This document shows, piece after piece, positions 18,990 through 29,866 of a stretch of 64,000 bases of DNA (positions within the stretch are counted from its first letter, which is position 1; each line of letters opens with the position of its first letter). This DNA is from Escherichia phage KarlSchell_Bas89. Below the pieces are notes generated by a model. That model saw only the letters and a list, made by a program, of their open reading frames with translations, was not told the DNA's origin and ran no database searches. The stretch lies in sequence record PQ850613.1; one strand, 5' to 3'. The position numbers and the translations under genes were made by a program.

Positions 18990-20021
18990 ATGGCATATGG
19001 AATTTGGGCACAACCTGTAGGGCCGGGGCCAGCTGCCCCTGCTCCTCTCTTTATAGATAGCGGGAGTACTTTCCCTCAGATAAAGAACACCATAAGCGGC
19101 AGTTTCAACTTTAACGGCGGTGGGAGATCTTTCCCTATTAGTGGGTGGGATGGTTCAGGTCAGATTGTTATTGTCCCAACAGGATCTCTTTGTTGGCAAT
19201 GGGAAGTTCCACCTAACCTAGTACCAGATGTTTATTGTGTAAACAATATCTACGTAGAGAACACCACATCGTTTCGTGTCAACCTTAATCAGAACCCCGG
19301 AAGCAACCCTCTTTTCGATTGCGGTTTTAACGTTTACCAAATCTGGCCCAGAGCTGATAGGAACTACGGTATAACCTTTTCTAATACAGCGGATTACTTC
19401 TCTATCTCTGATGCTGGAGTTGTTGGTCAGTGTGTTTGGGCTTGGCAAGGAACAATAAACAATGCTTTACAAATTCCAGATATCGGTGGATTCTATATGC
19501 CTAACGCTGTGGTTTTTGCTAACTGGTCTGATGGTGGTTTAGGTCTGTCTTACACTTCTGGTGACAGGGTTATACGTGTTTATCAAAACCGTCCATATAT
19601 TAACGGAAACACTAACGAAGGCGGTTCTGTCTTTGCTAGAGTTGCTGTGTTTTGTAATGGTGCTGGAGTTCCTGAGCACAATGGTGGTTTGAATATTTAC
19701 TCACCGGGAACTACACAGTGTGTGTTCTCGACAAATAGGACACCTTTTACCATCGACAATTTTATAGGTTCTGGTGGGGGTAACACTGGAATGGCTTACC
19801 CTATGATACCTCTTTCCTCTGGTATTGGGGCTATAAAGGGTCAAGGGAGTGGTTGGAGATATCAGCAGATGAGATCTCATACAATGTCCGGTTCTAGTGT
19901 AGGAACGGGTTATGGGAGATATCTTTTCCAGTGGGATCAGAATTACGATTTAGGGTCTGATACTGTGGTCAATTTATCTATACCTGTAATTAATGCAGCT
20001 AAAGTTTTTGCTGGTTTATAA
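18990..20021 (+). CDS. hypothetical structural protein (343 aa)
   Basis: Stop-start coupled with the upstream gene. Confidence 0.4.
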   Translation: MAYGIWAQPVGPGPAAPAPLFIDSGSTFPQIKNTISGSFNFNGGGRSFPISGWDGSGQIVIVPTGSLCWQWEVPPNLVPDVYCVNNIYVENTTSFRVNLNQNPGSNPLFDCGFNVYQIWPRADRNYGITFSNTADYFSISDAGVVGQCVWAWQGTINNALQIPDIGGFYMPNAVVFANWSDGGLGLSYTSGDRVIRVYQNRPYINGNTNEGGSVFARVAVFCNGAGVPEHNGGLNIYSPGTTQCVFSTNRTPFTIDNFIGSGGGNTGMAYPMIPLSSGIGAIKGQGSGWRYQQMRSHTMSGSSVGTGYGRYLFQWDQNYDLGSDTVVNLSIPVINAAKVFAGL

Positions 20022-20033
20022 CAAGGAGAGATT

Positions 20034-20828
20034 ATGGATAAGATTTTAGGAGTTTCAGAACTAGACCCACTGGTTCAACAAGCTGCTAAGAAGTATGGTA
20101 TTCCTGCTGCTCTTGTTCATGCGGTTATTCAGAGGGAGTCTAGTGGCAAACCCTCTGCTGCTTCAGGAACAGGTCCGGTAGGGTTAATGCAAATTAGTAA
20201 AGGCTTGGCTAAAGATTATGGTTACAAATTAGAAGATCGTCTAGACCCAGCTAAGAATATCGACATGGGTGCTAGGTATATCAGGGACAACTTAAAAGCT
20301 TTTAATGGCGATGTAAGAAAGGCAATGGTAGGTTATTCAGAAGGGACTGGTGGTGCTAAGCAAATGTTTGCTGGTAAGAGAGGGTTTACTCCTCAAGCAT
20401 TAGATTCTATGAACAACAAACACTTCCTCCCTTTCTTCAACCCTAACGATGCAGCAAGACAGACAGCAAACCCTGTAGGAGCTTTACAGGAGGCTCAAGT
20501 GGCAGATCAATACAACCCATCAACAATAACTCGTGAGGGTGCTGCAAACGCTCCTACACAGGCTGAGGTGATGGCTAGTAAGACAGGTGCTCTTGGTGGG
20601 AAACCTGCTGAGTTCTACACTGAAGAAGTACAAGGTCAAGACCAACAAAGGCCTCAGAACTTTGGTAATGCTGCTCTAGCTGCTGCTGCAATGTTAGCTG
20701 GTAAAGTTCCTAACTCACAGACTGTTCAAAGAGCGCATGCACCTACTGGAGCTTCCTCTAATTACAGTCCTCAAACTCAAGCGGTGCTCAGACGTTTAGC
20801 AAGCATCGGTACAGACATTTACAGGTAA
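20034..20828 (+). CDS. virion-associated lytic transglycosylase (SLT domain)
   Basis: 'ESSGKPSAASGTGPVGLMQI' matches the SLT catalytic-Glu motif. Confidence 0.7.
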   Translation: MDKILGVSELDPLVQQAAKKYGIPAALVHAVIQRESSGKPSAASGTGPVGLMQISKGLAKDYGYKLEDRLDPAKNIDMGARYIRDNLKAFNGDVRKAMVGYSEGTGGAKQMFAGKRGFTPQALDSMNNKHFLPFFNPNDAARQTANPVGALQEAQVADQYNPSTITREGAANAPTQAEVMASKTGALGGKPAEFYTEEVQGQDQQRPQNFGNAALAAAAMLAGKVPNSQTVQRAHAPTGASSNYSPQTQAVLRRLASIGTDIYR

Positions 20829-20837
20829 GGAGGTTCT

Positions 20838-21884
20838 ATGTCTCTCTTCGGTTCTTCGGCTAAATCTAAAGTTACAGTAGCGCCTTCTTCTCAAGTAGAT
20901 GCTCTGTTACGTCAGATTGTTTCCAATGCTCAAGGAATGAATAACGGTCAATTTGTTGGTCGTGAAATGGCAGGATTCAATCAGAATCAAAGTGCTGCGC
21001 TCTCAGGTTTGGCTAACTCTGATGTGCAGAAACAACTAGCTGCTCTTTATACCCCTCGTACTCAGCAAGGTTTAGACCAAATGAACACTCTGGCCCAGCG
21101 GTATCAGAGTATGGCAAACGGTGGTGGTGTTACTGGTCAAGCTGTTAATGATTACAGCAAAGCTCTTAATAACTCAGCTCTTGCACAAGCAACAGGTAAA
21201 GCTGCTTCTAATGTATCACTTGGTAATGGCTCTGATTCTGGTTCACTCCGTCGTGCTAGTGCTCAAGGTGCTGCTCTGGCTAGTGCAAACACTAACCTCT
21301 CTCGTAGTATAGATGGTAAGAACATGGGGATTAATAACCTCCAGAACAATGAAGCTTTCCAACGTGGAATCCTAGGTGCTCAGACAGGTCTAGCTGGTCA
21401 GAATCTTAATCTGGGTGCTCAAGGTGTTCAGGCTACTCAACAAGCTATTCAGAATCAGCTCTTGGCTGGCAATCTGCAACAACAGCAAGATCAGGCTCGA
21501 GCTAACCTTAATTGGGAGAATGCTATTGGTAATCAACAGTTCGGTTGGAATCAACTCAACAATCAGCTTAATGTACTTAACTCAGTAAGTCCTATGGCTG
21601 GGTACACAATCAAGAATGCACAGCCCGGTGTTAGCCAAGGACAGCAACTGCTTGGTGCAGGTATGACTGGACTAGGTATTGCAGGTCGCTTAGGTGCTTT
21701 CACTCCTAATACTCAAACTCAGAATGCTTGGAACTCTTACAATGCTTCTGGTGGACAATCCGGTATGGCTGGTCCTATGATTGGTGGGTCTAACCTTTCT
21801 AATCAACAGAGTCAAAACAACTGGCTATCTACCGCAGGTAATAATATTTTAGGTGGTGTTCTTGGAGCATTCGGGGCTAACTAA
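20838..21884 (+). CDS. Q/N/G/A-rich low-complexity virion protein
   Basis: Starts MSLFGSS; strongly biased composition. Confidence 0.4.
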   Translation: MSLFGSSAKSKVTVAPSSQVDALLRQIVSNAQGMNNGQFVGREMAGFNQNQSAALSGLANSDVQKQLAALYTPRTQQGLDQMNTLAQRYQSMANGGGVTGQAVNDYSKALNNSALAQATGKAASNVSLGNGSDSGSLRRASAQGAALASANTNLSRSIDGKNMGINNLQNNEAFQRGILGAQTGLAGQNLNLGAQGVQATQQAIQNQLLAGNLQQQQDQARANLNWENAIGNQQFGWNQLNNQLNVLNSVSPMAGYTIKNAQPGVSQGQQLLGAGMTGLGIAGRLGAFTPNTQTQNAWNSYNASGGQSGMAGPMIGGSNLSNQQSQNNWLSTAGNNILGGVLGAFGAN

Positions 21885-21896
21885 GGAGAAAACTTT

Positions 21897-22865
21897 ATGG
21901 CTTTATTTGGCAGCGGGGGTGGTTCTACTACCTCCAAAATGACAAGACCTGACTACATTCAGAGTTACATTGATCAATTAGTTAATCAAGTAAACAACAC
22001 TAGTTCAGGCGATTATGTTTATCGAGAGAACGTAGGATTTAATAACAACCAGAACCAAGCTCTTAATGATCTTGCTCAATCTGGTGCCCTAGGTGCTCTC
22101 TCTTCTCAATATATGGATGCAGCTGGTCAAGGGTTAGGTTATATGGATAACGCCTACCAAGGCTTTAATAACCTCTCAGGACAGGGGCCTATCTCAGCAG
22201 AACAGGTTGGTGCTCTTGCTGGTGAACTCTACGACGATTCCGCTGTACAAGCAGCTATCAATGCTAACAATGAACAAACTCAACAGAGTCTGGCACGTCA
22301 TGCTCTTCCTCAGCTGGCTCAGCAGTATGCTGGTCAACAAGGTTCTGGTGCTCGTATGGCTAAATCTTTTGCTCAGGGTGACGCTCTGAATCAGATGCAG
22401 AACACAGCAACCAATATTACTAATAGCGCTTATGACTCAGCTCTAGGACAAGCTCAGAACATCCTCTCTGGAAATAGACAGAACCAAGCAGCTGCTTTAA
22501 GTGGACTATCTAACATTGGTAGTAATATGGCTGGCTTAGGTCAACAAGGTGCTCAGCTATCACAACAGCAACTAGCTAATCAATGGGGTGCTGGTTTGCA
22601 GCAACAGCAACAGCAACAAGCTGGTTTGGATAATGCTTATCAGAATGCTCAGAACGCAGCTAATTGGGGATGGCAAGACATTAATAACCAACTAGGTGCA
22701 GCAGGTGTCCTCAATGGCGCTCTCGGAACAACTACAACTACTAAAACAACTGGAGGTGGTGGTGGTTTCCTTGGTGGAGCAGCAAGCGGTGCAGCAGCTG
22801 GTTCAGCGTTTGGCCCTTGGGGTGCATTAGCTGGCGGTGTTATTGGTGGCTTAGCCTCTACCTAA
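21897..22865 (+). CDS. Q/N/G/A-rich low-complexity virion protein, paralog of the upstream gene
   Basis: Starts MALFGSG; same composition; ends with a Gly-rich hydrophobic tail. Confidence 0.4.
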   Translation: MALFGSGGGSTTSKMTRPDYIQSYIDQLVNQVNNTSSGDYVYRENVGFNNNQNQALNDLAQSGALGALSSQYMDAAGQGLGYMDNAYQGFNNLSGQGPISAEQVGALAGELYDDSAVQAAINANNEQTQQSLARHALPQLAQQYAGQQGSGARMAKSFAQGDALNQMQNTATNITNSAYDSALGQAQNILSGNRQNQAAALSGLSNIGSNMAGLGQQGAQLSQQQLANQWGAGLQQQQQQQAGLDNAYQNAQNAANWGWQDINNQLGAAGVLNGALGTTTTTKTTGGGGGFLGGAASGAAAGSAFGPWGALAGGVIGGLAST

Positions 22866-22879
22866 CTAGGAGATTAATT

Positions 22880-24544
22880 ATGCAACAAACTTCATATGCG
22901 TACCTCCGTAGTCGAGACCCACGCAATCAGATTTATGGTGTAAATCAGGGAGGGGTGCAAGCCTCTCCTTATATTCCTCGTCCTGCTTACCCACAAGCAG
23001 ATATGTCTGTTTATACCCGTCCTAGTATGGCTCCTGCTGGATTAGCTGGGCTGGTTTCTCAGGCTAATGAAGATCAAGAAGCAATGCTTGGTCCAAACAA
23101 ACAAGTTGTTCAGGGTGCTAACATCCAACCTGATATCCCCAACGAAACTCCTGTAGCAGCCTCTCAGTCAGCTTCTCCGTTTGTTAACGATGAAAGCATG
23201 GTTGCTGCTGGCCTTTCTCCAGAAACTGCTTCTCAAGAGTTCTCAGACCCTCTACCGGTAAGTGCTCCTCCTAAACCGTTGGAACCTACTGATACAGAGT
23301 TTACTCAAGACCAAGTTAAACAGGCACAACAGGTTATGTCAACCCTTTCTTCCGGTTTACCTGAAGCTGAAGGTATGGCAGGTGCTTCTCGTAGCGCTGA
23401 CCAAGAACGTGTTAACAAAGATTTAATGGAAGTGGCTAAGGCTAAGAACCCGATGGAAGAGTGGGGTAAGTTACAGAAACAACCTTTCTATCAGAACTCT
23501 AGCTTCTATACAGGTTTGATGGGTGTAGGTCTTTCTATTATGTCAGGTAAGTCTCCTATTGAAGCTTTCCAGATTGGCTCTGGTATGGCTGCACAGGATG
23601 AAACTAAGAATCAGCTTGAAGCTAACCGTGAATCTCTGATTGAACAGGGTTATTCTCCAGACTCAGTTGCTGCTGCAATTGCTACTGGTGATCCTTCTGC
23701 TCTGAAGATGCGTCAGATTAGCCCTCAAGAGAAACTTGCTTTGTCTGCTATTGAAGATGAAAGAGCTAACCGTGAATGGGACAGACGCCAACAGATTAGT
23801 GAACAGTCTATGAGTCGTAGGATGGATGCAACTCGCCAAGCTGCTGAACAACGTGTACAAGAACAGTTTGCTCGTCAGAAAGAGTTGATTGGGTATCGTG
23901 ATCAAGTAAAAGCTGATCGTGCTGAGAAAGCTGCTCAGAGTTTTAATTTTAATCCGAAAGAAGTTCGTCTTGCTCAGAACACAGCTGAAGGTACAGTTGC
24001 TAAGCAGTGGGCAGAGAAAGGTGGTCTGTTTAACCAGTCTCATAAAGACTTGGATTTGGCAGATCAGGCAGTTAAAGATAAAGACTATCAGACAGCTCGT
24101 TCTGCTTACATGCAGGCTATCATGAACTCCGCAAGGGCTGAAATCGGTGCTACTCGTTCTCTGACCGAAGAAGACTTACGTCACTTTGCAGAAGACCCAT
24201 CAATCTTTGTTAAGGTTGGTAATACTTGGTCTCTGAAAGGTGGGTATCGTCCTACTGATGCTGCTCTTGCTTATGCTCGTAAACAGGCAACCGTTGGTGC
24301 TACTTCAGCGATGAAGGGTGTTAAGGATGCTAAGAAAGCAACCATCGAAGCTTACGTTGGTTCTGGTATGGATAAGAAACGTGCTACTGCACTTGTTAAC
24401 CGTGCTATACCTTCTGGTGGTTTCTATGACCCATTAGGTACATTTGAATCACAAGCTGAGGAAGAGGTTGGTGGTGCTGCTACTAATCCACGTCTGAATG
24501 GTGCTCTTTCAGCTTCTGAAGACACTAGCTGGTTTACTCAATAA
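22880..24544 (+). CDS. hypothetical virion protein; start trimmed to ATG 22880
   Basis: RBS TAGGAG before ATG 22880; the track start at 22817 is TTG and overlaps the upstream gene. Confidence 0.4.
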   Translation: MQQTSYAYLRSRDPRNQIYGVNQGGVQASPYIPRPAYPQADMSVYTRPSMAPAGLAGLVSQANEDQEAMLGPNKQVVQGANIQPDIPNETPVAASQSASPFVNDESMVAAGLSPETASQEFSDPLPVSAPPKPLEPTDTEFTQDQVKQAQQVMSTLSSGLPEAEGMAGASRSADQERVNKDLMEVAKAKNPMEEWGKLQKQPFYQNSSFYTGLMGVGLSIMSGKSPIEAFQIGSGMAAQDETKNQLEANRESLIEQGYSPDSVAAAIATGDPSALKMRQISPQEKLALSAIEDERANREWDRRQQISEQSMSRRMDATRQAAEQRVQEQFARQKELIGYRDQVKADRAEKAAQSFNFNPKEVRLAQNTAEGTVAKQWAEKGGLFNQSHKDLDLADQAVKDKDYQTARSAYMQAIMNSARAEIGATRSLTEEDLRHFAEDPSIFVKVGNTWSLKGGYRPTDAALAYARKQATVGATSAMKGVKDAKKATIEAYVGSGMDKKRATALVNRAIPSGGFYDPLGTFESQAEEEVGGAATNPRLNGALSASEDTSWFTQ

Positions 24545-24564
24545 GACCTAAGTCCTGCCTTCTA

Positions 24565-24574
24565 TAATGTATAT
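24565..24574 (+). promoter_or_regulatory. promoter-like motif TAATGTATAT, 36 nt upstream of the 24610 gene
   Basis: Identical 10-mer to 7717 and 34531. Confidence 0.4.
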
Positions 24575-24609
24575 AGGGGGTAGGACATTTTTATTTATAA
24601 GGAGACGTT

Positions 24610-27600
24610 ATGGCTAACATTAAATCTTGGGAAGAAGCATCGAAAAGCCCCAAGTATATGAATGCAACTCCTGAGCAACAGGCTCAGTTGAGAGAGCAAT
24701 ACAAAGCGGCAGGTGGTACAATCCCTGAAGATAAGCCAGTACAACCACAACAAGAAGAGCGTGGCTTAGTTGGTGAGTTCGCTCAGGGCGTATCTAATGC
24801 TATCGAATCTGGTGGAGCTAATATTGCAGCTAGTACCGCTCGTGGTTTAGGTGGTCTGGTTGAAATGGGTGAGAACGTTCTCGGTTCCCAAACAAGCTAT
24901 GGTAAAAGAATTCAAGATAACGCAAAACAAGTATTAGAAAAGCGTATGGCTGGTATCGAGGATGGCTTTGGTAAGACTGCTGGGCAGTATGCTGGAGTGG
25001 CTGCTGATATCGGTTTGACAGTTGCTAACCCTGCTTTGGCTGCTGGTGTTATTGCGGGACGTGAAGCAGGGCGTGCTTATGCAGACCAGACTCCAGAAGA
25101 GGGAGAAGATAAGTCAGTGTTAGATGCTGCTCTTGTTGGTGGTGCTAACTTTGCAGCTCAGAAGATTCTTCCGGGTTTCACAGGAACAGCTGAGTCTACT
25201 TTAGGTCGTATTGGTCAGAGTGCTGCTTCTAACGCAGTGGCTGGTGCTAAGGGTGGTGCTCTCGTAGGTGCTGCTGAAGCTCAGAATAAGTATGGTGATG
25301 ACACTACACTTGCCAATGTACTAGAAGGTGCAATTGATGAAGGTGTTGCTGGTGCTGCTTACGGCGGTGCTATTGGTGGTGTTCATGGTGCGATCAGTCG
25401 TCCTAGTCCTCAAGTATTTGATAAGACTCCTGAGAACGTTAAGACTGATATCTCCGCTGAAGATGAAGCGATTCGTAATGCTAAAAATGCTGATGAACTC
25501 CGTGAAGCTTATTCTCAAGCTGATACTGCTAACACAGCTTCCGCTCTTAACCTGCTAGACCAGAATGATTTCCGTATTACAGATGCCGTGGCTATGGATT
25601 CTCCTGCTGCTCAACGTATCCTTAATACAGACCAGACTCGTGCTGAGAAAGCTGCTTCCTCTCTTACAGAGCGTTCTAACATCCCAGGTCTCAATCCTCT
25701 TGCTTCTCCAAGTAAGGTTAAGGGTAAAGCTTTTGCAGATAACGAACATAACCAGAAGCAAGCTGTAGCAATGAAAGATGCAATGGCTGACTACACTAAA
25801 GACAACACCAAGGCTCTTAATGATGTTCTTGATAATCTAGACAGAGAGTTGAATGACCTTCGTGTCCGTGGTGACTTTACTGGTAGCGCTATTGACATTA
25901 AGAATCAGACTCGTAATGATCGTGATTTCATTGATGCTTACAAGAACTTCTACACTGAAGCAAACAGATTCAAAGCTCGTGATGGTGAAGACTTTAATAA
26001 CTTTGTAGAGAAAGCTACCGAGCTACAGAAACTTGCTGATAATGTTTCTCCAGAGATGAAGAAAGCTATTGGTGGTTTGAAGAAACTGAAAGGTATGCCT
26101 GAAGGTTTCAACCCTATCCAAGATGCCTTTACTCTGAATAACACAGCTAAATTAATGAGTAACCAAGACCGTGGTTGGACAACCCTGACAGATGATGGTT
26201 TCCGTGAAGCCTCTTCTCCAAGTTTTGTTATGAACACCCTTGGTGCTGCTAAGTATGCTCTGAACCGCTTCTCTTCAGAGAGGGCTAGGTCTCAACGTGC
26301 TCGACAGCAGGATTCAAACAGTGAAGCAATTCGCTCTTTGGCTCGTGGTGATTTAGAGGTTGCTCGTGCTCGAAGTGCAGCAGCAAAAGCACGCGAAGAA
26401 ATGGAAGCCGAACCGGTTGTTGATGACGTTCAATTTAAGACGCAAGCTGATGACCAAAATCAGGCTGGTTCTGAACCCTCTTCTCCAGCTACTGTGACGG
26501 AAGATTTCTCTCCTTCTCCAGCTCCTTTAACTGCTCGTGATTTGGTTGCTCAAAGACGTGCTATTCGACAGGCGGAACAACGCCGTGCAGAGGAGGAAGC
26601 ACAAGCTGCTCAGAATGCTCCAGTTGAACCAGAAGCTCCAGCAGAAACTTTGCCTACGCGTAACCCTCTTGAGGAACGTAGAGTGCAAGAAGCTGAGATG
26701 GAACAACAGCGTGCAGCAGAAGAGGCTGCTAAAGCTCCTGAGACGTCCGTAGAAGAGCCTACAGCTAAAGCTGAGCCGTTACCTGCTCGTGCTCCTAAAG
26801 CTCCTAAGGAAGCTGCTCCTGAGGTTAAACCGGCTACTGGTGTAGAACGTCTTGCTGCTATGTCAACAGCTGCTCGTCAGGCTACTAAAAACCGTGCTGA
26901 ACGTTTTGCTCGTTCTTTGTATACTGCTGGTGCTAAAGCCAAAGCTACTGCGGAAAACTTCTTGGCTTATAAAGGAGACCCGAAAGAGCTGATGCGTCGT
27001 ATCCGTCAGGAAGACCAAGCGAACAATGCTGCTCGTCATGAAGAGATGGCTCGTAACCAACTAGCTTCTCAGCAAGGTATTGCAGCTGCTAAATCTAACC
27101 GAGTTCGTTCTGCATTCTCCGATTGGGTTAAAGAGCGTGGATTACCTTCTGAAATCGCCTCTAAAGCCCTACGTGCTGAAGAACGTGGATTGGATGGTAA
27201 CGTATCAAGCCTAGACTCTTTGAAGCGCAGAGCTGAGCGTATGTATCAGAAAGAGCGTGATGATGAGTTTGATAGGCTGTATCGTGAAGCTCTGGAAGAA
27301 AACAAAGCTTTTGATAAGAAAGATGCACCTAAGCTGAAAGATCAGAAGGCTGAGTTCCAGTCAGAGATTGATTCTCTACTTGAGAACGAACCTCTCCGTC
27401 CTGCTCAGAAAGATGCAATGCGTAAGATGATGAGTGATTTTGTTGATGGGAAGTTTAAAGCGGCTGAGAAAGCTGGAAGGGAAGAAGCTTTAGAGGTTGG
27501 TCAAATGAAGGATTTGTGGGATGGGTTTATTAATACCTACAATCGTGAAGTTGGCATGTTCAATAAAGCTAACAAGAACTCTCAGTATGAGGCAGCAGCT

Positions 27601-29031
27601 AAACATCTACAGGCTCGTGAAGAGCGTCTTACCTCTTTACGTAACAGAGCAGAAGCTCGTGCTCAAGCGAAAGCTACAGCAGAAGCTGAACGTCAGTCAC
27701 TCGAAGCTATTGCTGGTCAGAAGACTGAGATAGAGAAGATGTTTGATGAGTTACCTAAACCTGTCCGCGAGGCTCAGGAAAGCCGTACTCTGAAACAGCT
27801 TGCAGCTCACCACGATAAGAACTCCCCTGTTCCTCCAGAACGTTTCCGTAGTATTATCGAACGTATCCATAACGCAGAGTCCGACTACCTTGATCGTAAG
27901 CGTCGTCTCACTGATGCAGAGGAAGATGCTCGTGAAGCTAAGTGGAACAAGATGTATGAACAAGCAGAGGAGATGAACCGTAAATTCGATATAGATGCTC
28001 GCGTGTCCCGTGATAAGAGCCTCAAAGAAGCTCAGGAGCGACAGAATGATCTCATGGCAGTACAACGCCAACGTGATGACATTCACAGCCGTCTGGTGCG
28101 TTCTATCGAAGATAAGGGCATCCCTAAAGCTGATGCTGAAGCATTTGCTGGTTCTTATATGGATAACCGTTATGCTCTTCTTGAAAAACCTATGACCCCT
28201 ACCGAGCATCAGAATGCTCGTGCACGTATTGAGTCCGATGTAGAGAAGTTTGCTAAGAAGTATGAAAGCTTGTCTCCTATCGAGAAAGACGTGGTTAAGA
28301 TTACTGGTGATGTGGAAGGTAAACTGGATGGGTTGGATGCTGAGACTATGAAGGCAGTTGAGGAAGCTAGGAAGGTTGACTCTGATATTAAGAAACTTCA
28401 GGATGAAGAGTTGGAAATGGAGAAAGTCCGTTCAGCTTTACCTGATGATGAAAAGTCTCAGGCAAATTCCGACATTCTGGAAAGCATTAAAAAGCAAGAA
28501 GATGAGTTTGCAGGAAAGGTTGAGAAGGCATTCTTGGAAGGCAAGGACTTGAAGGAATTGGCTAGTGTTGCAGAGGTTCTGGATAGGGTTCATGGTGCTG
28601 ACAAGGCTGGGAACAACCGTAGATTTGTTCGTGCTCTACAGACTGCTGCTGACAACAAGAATAAGTATGGTGATAATCCGGTAGCTTGGTTTAGTGCTGA
28701 TGATTACTCTGCTATTGCTAAACTTGGTGCTGCATCAGCGGGCGGTAACAAATCGAGAGCGTTGGAGAAGATCTTTGGTTCTACAGCAGATCAAGCTAAG
28801 GCTAAGCTTTTGGGGAGAGATGATGTAGCGAAGATTAGACGTGTGATTGAAGCGAATCCTGAAGTCAAGATTCCTTCTTACAAGACTACTACTCGTCAAG
28901 AGTATTTACAGTTCTTGGAGAAGTATAATGATGAAGGAGTGTTGAAAGTCAAACGTGGTTCTCTGTCTGACAGATTAGAAAGGAATAAGCGTCAAGCTAA
29001 ACTCCGTGTTAGAGTTCGCTCGAAAGAGTAA
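24610..29031 (+). CDS. large coiled-coil virion protein (1473 aa); internal/ejection protein or tape-measure-like
   Basis: Gly/Ala-rich hydrophobic N-terminal segments followed by >1000 aa of A/E/K/R-rich helix; no RNAP motifs. Confidence 0.45.
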   Translation: MANIKSWEEASKSPKYMNATPEQQAQLREQYKAAGGTIPEDKPVQPQQEERGLVGEFAQGVSNAIESGGANIAASTARGLGGLVEMGENVLGSQTSYGKRIQDNAKQVLEKRMAGIEDGFGKTAGQYAGVAADIGLTVANPALAAGVIAGREAGRAYADQTPEEGEDKSVLDAALVGGANFAAQKILPGFTGTAESTLGRIGQSAASNAVAGAKGGALVGAAEAQNKYGDDTTLANVLEGAIDEGVAGAAYGGAIGGVHGAISRPSPQVFDKTPENVKTDISAEDEAIRNAKNADELREAYSQADTANTASALNLLDQNDFRITDAVAMDSPAAQRILNTDQTRAEKAASSLTERSNIPGLNPLASPSKVKGKAFADNEHNQKQAVAMKDAMADYTKDNTKALNDVLDNLDRELNDLRVRGDFTGSAIDIKNQTRNDRDFIDAYKNFYTEANRFKARDGEDFNNFVEKATELQKLADNVSPEMKKAIGGLKKLKGMPEGFNPIQDAFTLNNTAKLMSNQDRGWTTLTDDGFREASSPSFVMNTLGAAKYALNRFSSERARSQRARQQDSNSEAIRSLARGDLEVARARSAAAKAREEMEAEPVVDDVQFKTQADDQNQAGSEPSSPATVTEDFSPSPAPLTARDLVAQRRAIRQAEQRRAEEEAQAAQNAPVEPEAPAETLPTRNPLEERRVQEAEMEQQRAAEEAAKAPETSVEEPTAKAEPLPARAPKAPKEAAPEVKPATGVERLAAMSTAARQATKNRAERFARSLYTAGAKAKATAENFLAYKGDPKELMRRIRQEDQANNAARHEEMARNQLASQQGIAAAKSNRVRSAFSDWVKERGLPSEIASKALRAEERGLDGNVSSLDSLKRRAERMYQKERDDEFDRLYREALEENKAFDKKDAPKLKDQKAEFQSEIDSLLENEPLRPAQKDAMRKMMSDFVDGKFKAAEKAGREEALEVGQMKDLWDGFINTYNREVGMFNKANKNSQYEAAAKHLQAREERLTSLRNRAEARAQAKATAEAERQSLEAIAGQKTEIEKMFDELPKPVREAQESRTLKQLAAHHDKNSPVPPERFRSIIERIHNAESDYLDRKRRLTDAEEDAREAKWNKMYEQAEEMNRKFDIDARVSRDKSLKEAQERQNDLMAVQRQRDDIHSRLVRSIEDKGIPKADAEAFAGSYMDNRYALLEKPMTPTEHQNARARIESDVEKFAKKYESLSPIEKDVVKITGDVEGKLDGLDAETMKAVEEARKVDSDIKKLQDEELEMEKVRSALPDDEKSQANSDILESIKKQEDEFAGKVEKAFLEGKDLKELASVAEVLDRVHGADKAGNNRRFVRALQTAADNKNKYGDNPVAWFSADDYSAIAKLGAASAGGNKSRALEKIFGSTADQAKAKLLGRDDVAKIRRVIEANPEVKIPSYKTTTRQEYLQFLEKYNDEGVLKVKRGSLSDRLERNKRQAKLRVRVRSKE

Positions 29032-29037
29032 ACAAGA

Positions 29038-29070
29038 AAAGCCCCAACCGAAAGGAAGGGGCTTTATTTT
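29038..29070. terminator. bidirectional intrinsic terminator between the convergent arms
   Basis: gcccc..cc-GAAA-gg..ggggc hairpin flanked by T-runs on both strands. Confidence 0.65.
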
Positions 29071-29099
29071 TATCTAAGTTTTAGAAACCATCAAATTCG

Positions 29100-29603
29100 T
29101 CAATCTTTTTTAAACTCTCCATGATATTCCTCTCTTTTACTCTTAAGCCATCTATGTAAATATAAGATATCGTATGAAGATTTCGTGTAAGATTTACCTG
29201 ATATGTAAATTCGAGCCTGGTAGTATCCCGGATTCTTTCCTCCATGAGAGTTGTCATGAATACCTTTAGGTAAAGAATCTCTTTTACTGCTCCAACCTCT
29301 AGTATTCCTAGCACTTTCCTTCGCATTACAAAGTCTAAGATTTTCTATTGTATTGTTGTCTAGGTTATTATCTATGTGGTCTACTAAAAACCCTTCTGGG
29401 ATAGGTCCATTATGGTACTCCCAAACCAACCGGTGAGCTTTAATTCTTCCAGAGTTTTTGGTGTTGATTTCCCAATAACCTTTCTTGTTTTTCGTACCTA
29501 CCACGCTTCCTATTTTTACAAAAGGGGCTGGTTTACTCTTCCAGAGAAATCCAGAAGGGGATTCAGAGGAGTATAGAAAATGGGTCCACTTTTCTTCACT
29601 CAT
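29100..29603 (-). CDS. HNH homing endonuclease
   Basis: 'HRLVWEYHNGPIPEGFLVDHIDNNLDNNTIENLR' HNH_3-type motif. Confidence 0.8.
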   Translation of the reverse strand: MSEEKWTHFLYSSESPSGFLWKSKPAPFVKIGSVVGTKNKKGYWEINTKNSGRIKAHRLVWEYHNGPIPEGFLVDHIDNNLDNNTIENLRLCNAKESARNTRGWSSKRDSLPKGIHDNSHGGKNPGYYQARIYISGKSYTKSSYDILYLHRWLKSKREEYHGEFKKD

Positions 29604-29611
29604 ACACTCTC

Positions 29612-29866
29612 CTAGATTAAGTCGTAATACTGGATAATACCTTTCAGAGCAAAGTCACGAATCTGGTCTTTCTCTGTATCATAGGCTGTCATAATCCAGC
29701 AAGGATTCCCGTCATTGTGATAAACGGAAACACCAACTGAAGTTCGGATAGGAATAACGGCGCGGTCTGCAACCTCACCTCTCCAATTACGATAGCGAAA
29801 GCGAAGAATTTGTTTCGTAGAGACTGGAGCATCAGTTGTTTCCTTTTTTAAATTGTTTTCTAGCAT
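29612..29866 (-). CDS. hypothetical protein (start uncertain)
   Basis: ORF in coding orientation; first ATG overlaps the upstream HNH gene. Confidence 0.3.
   Translation of the reverse strand: MLENNLKKETTDAPVSTKQILRFRYRNWRGEVADRAVIPIRTSVGVSVYHNDGNPCWIMTAYDTEKDQIRDFALKGIIQYYDLI

Noticed and set aside
24610-29031. Giant virion RNA polymerase of the N4 type
   Set aside because: The 1473-aa protein is low-complexity coiled coil with Gly/Ala hydrophobic segments and no polymerase catalytic motifs; it is also far smaller than N4-type virion RNAPs.
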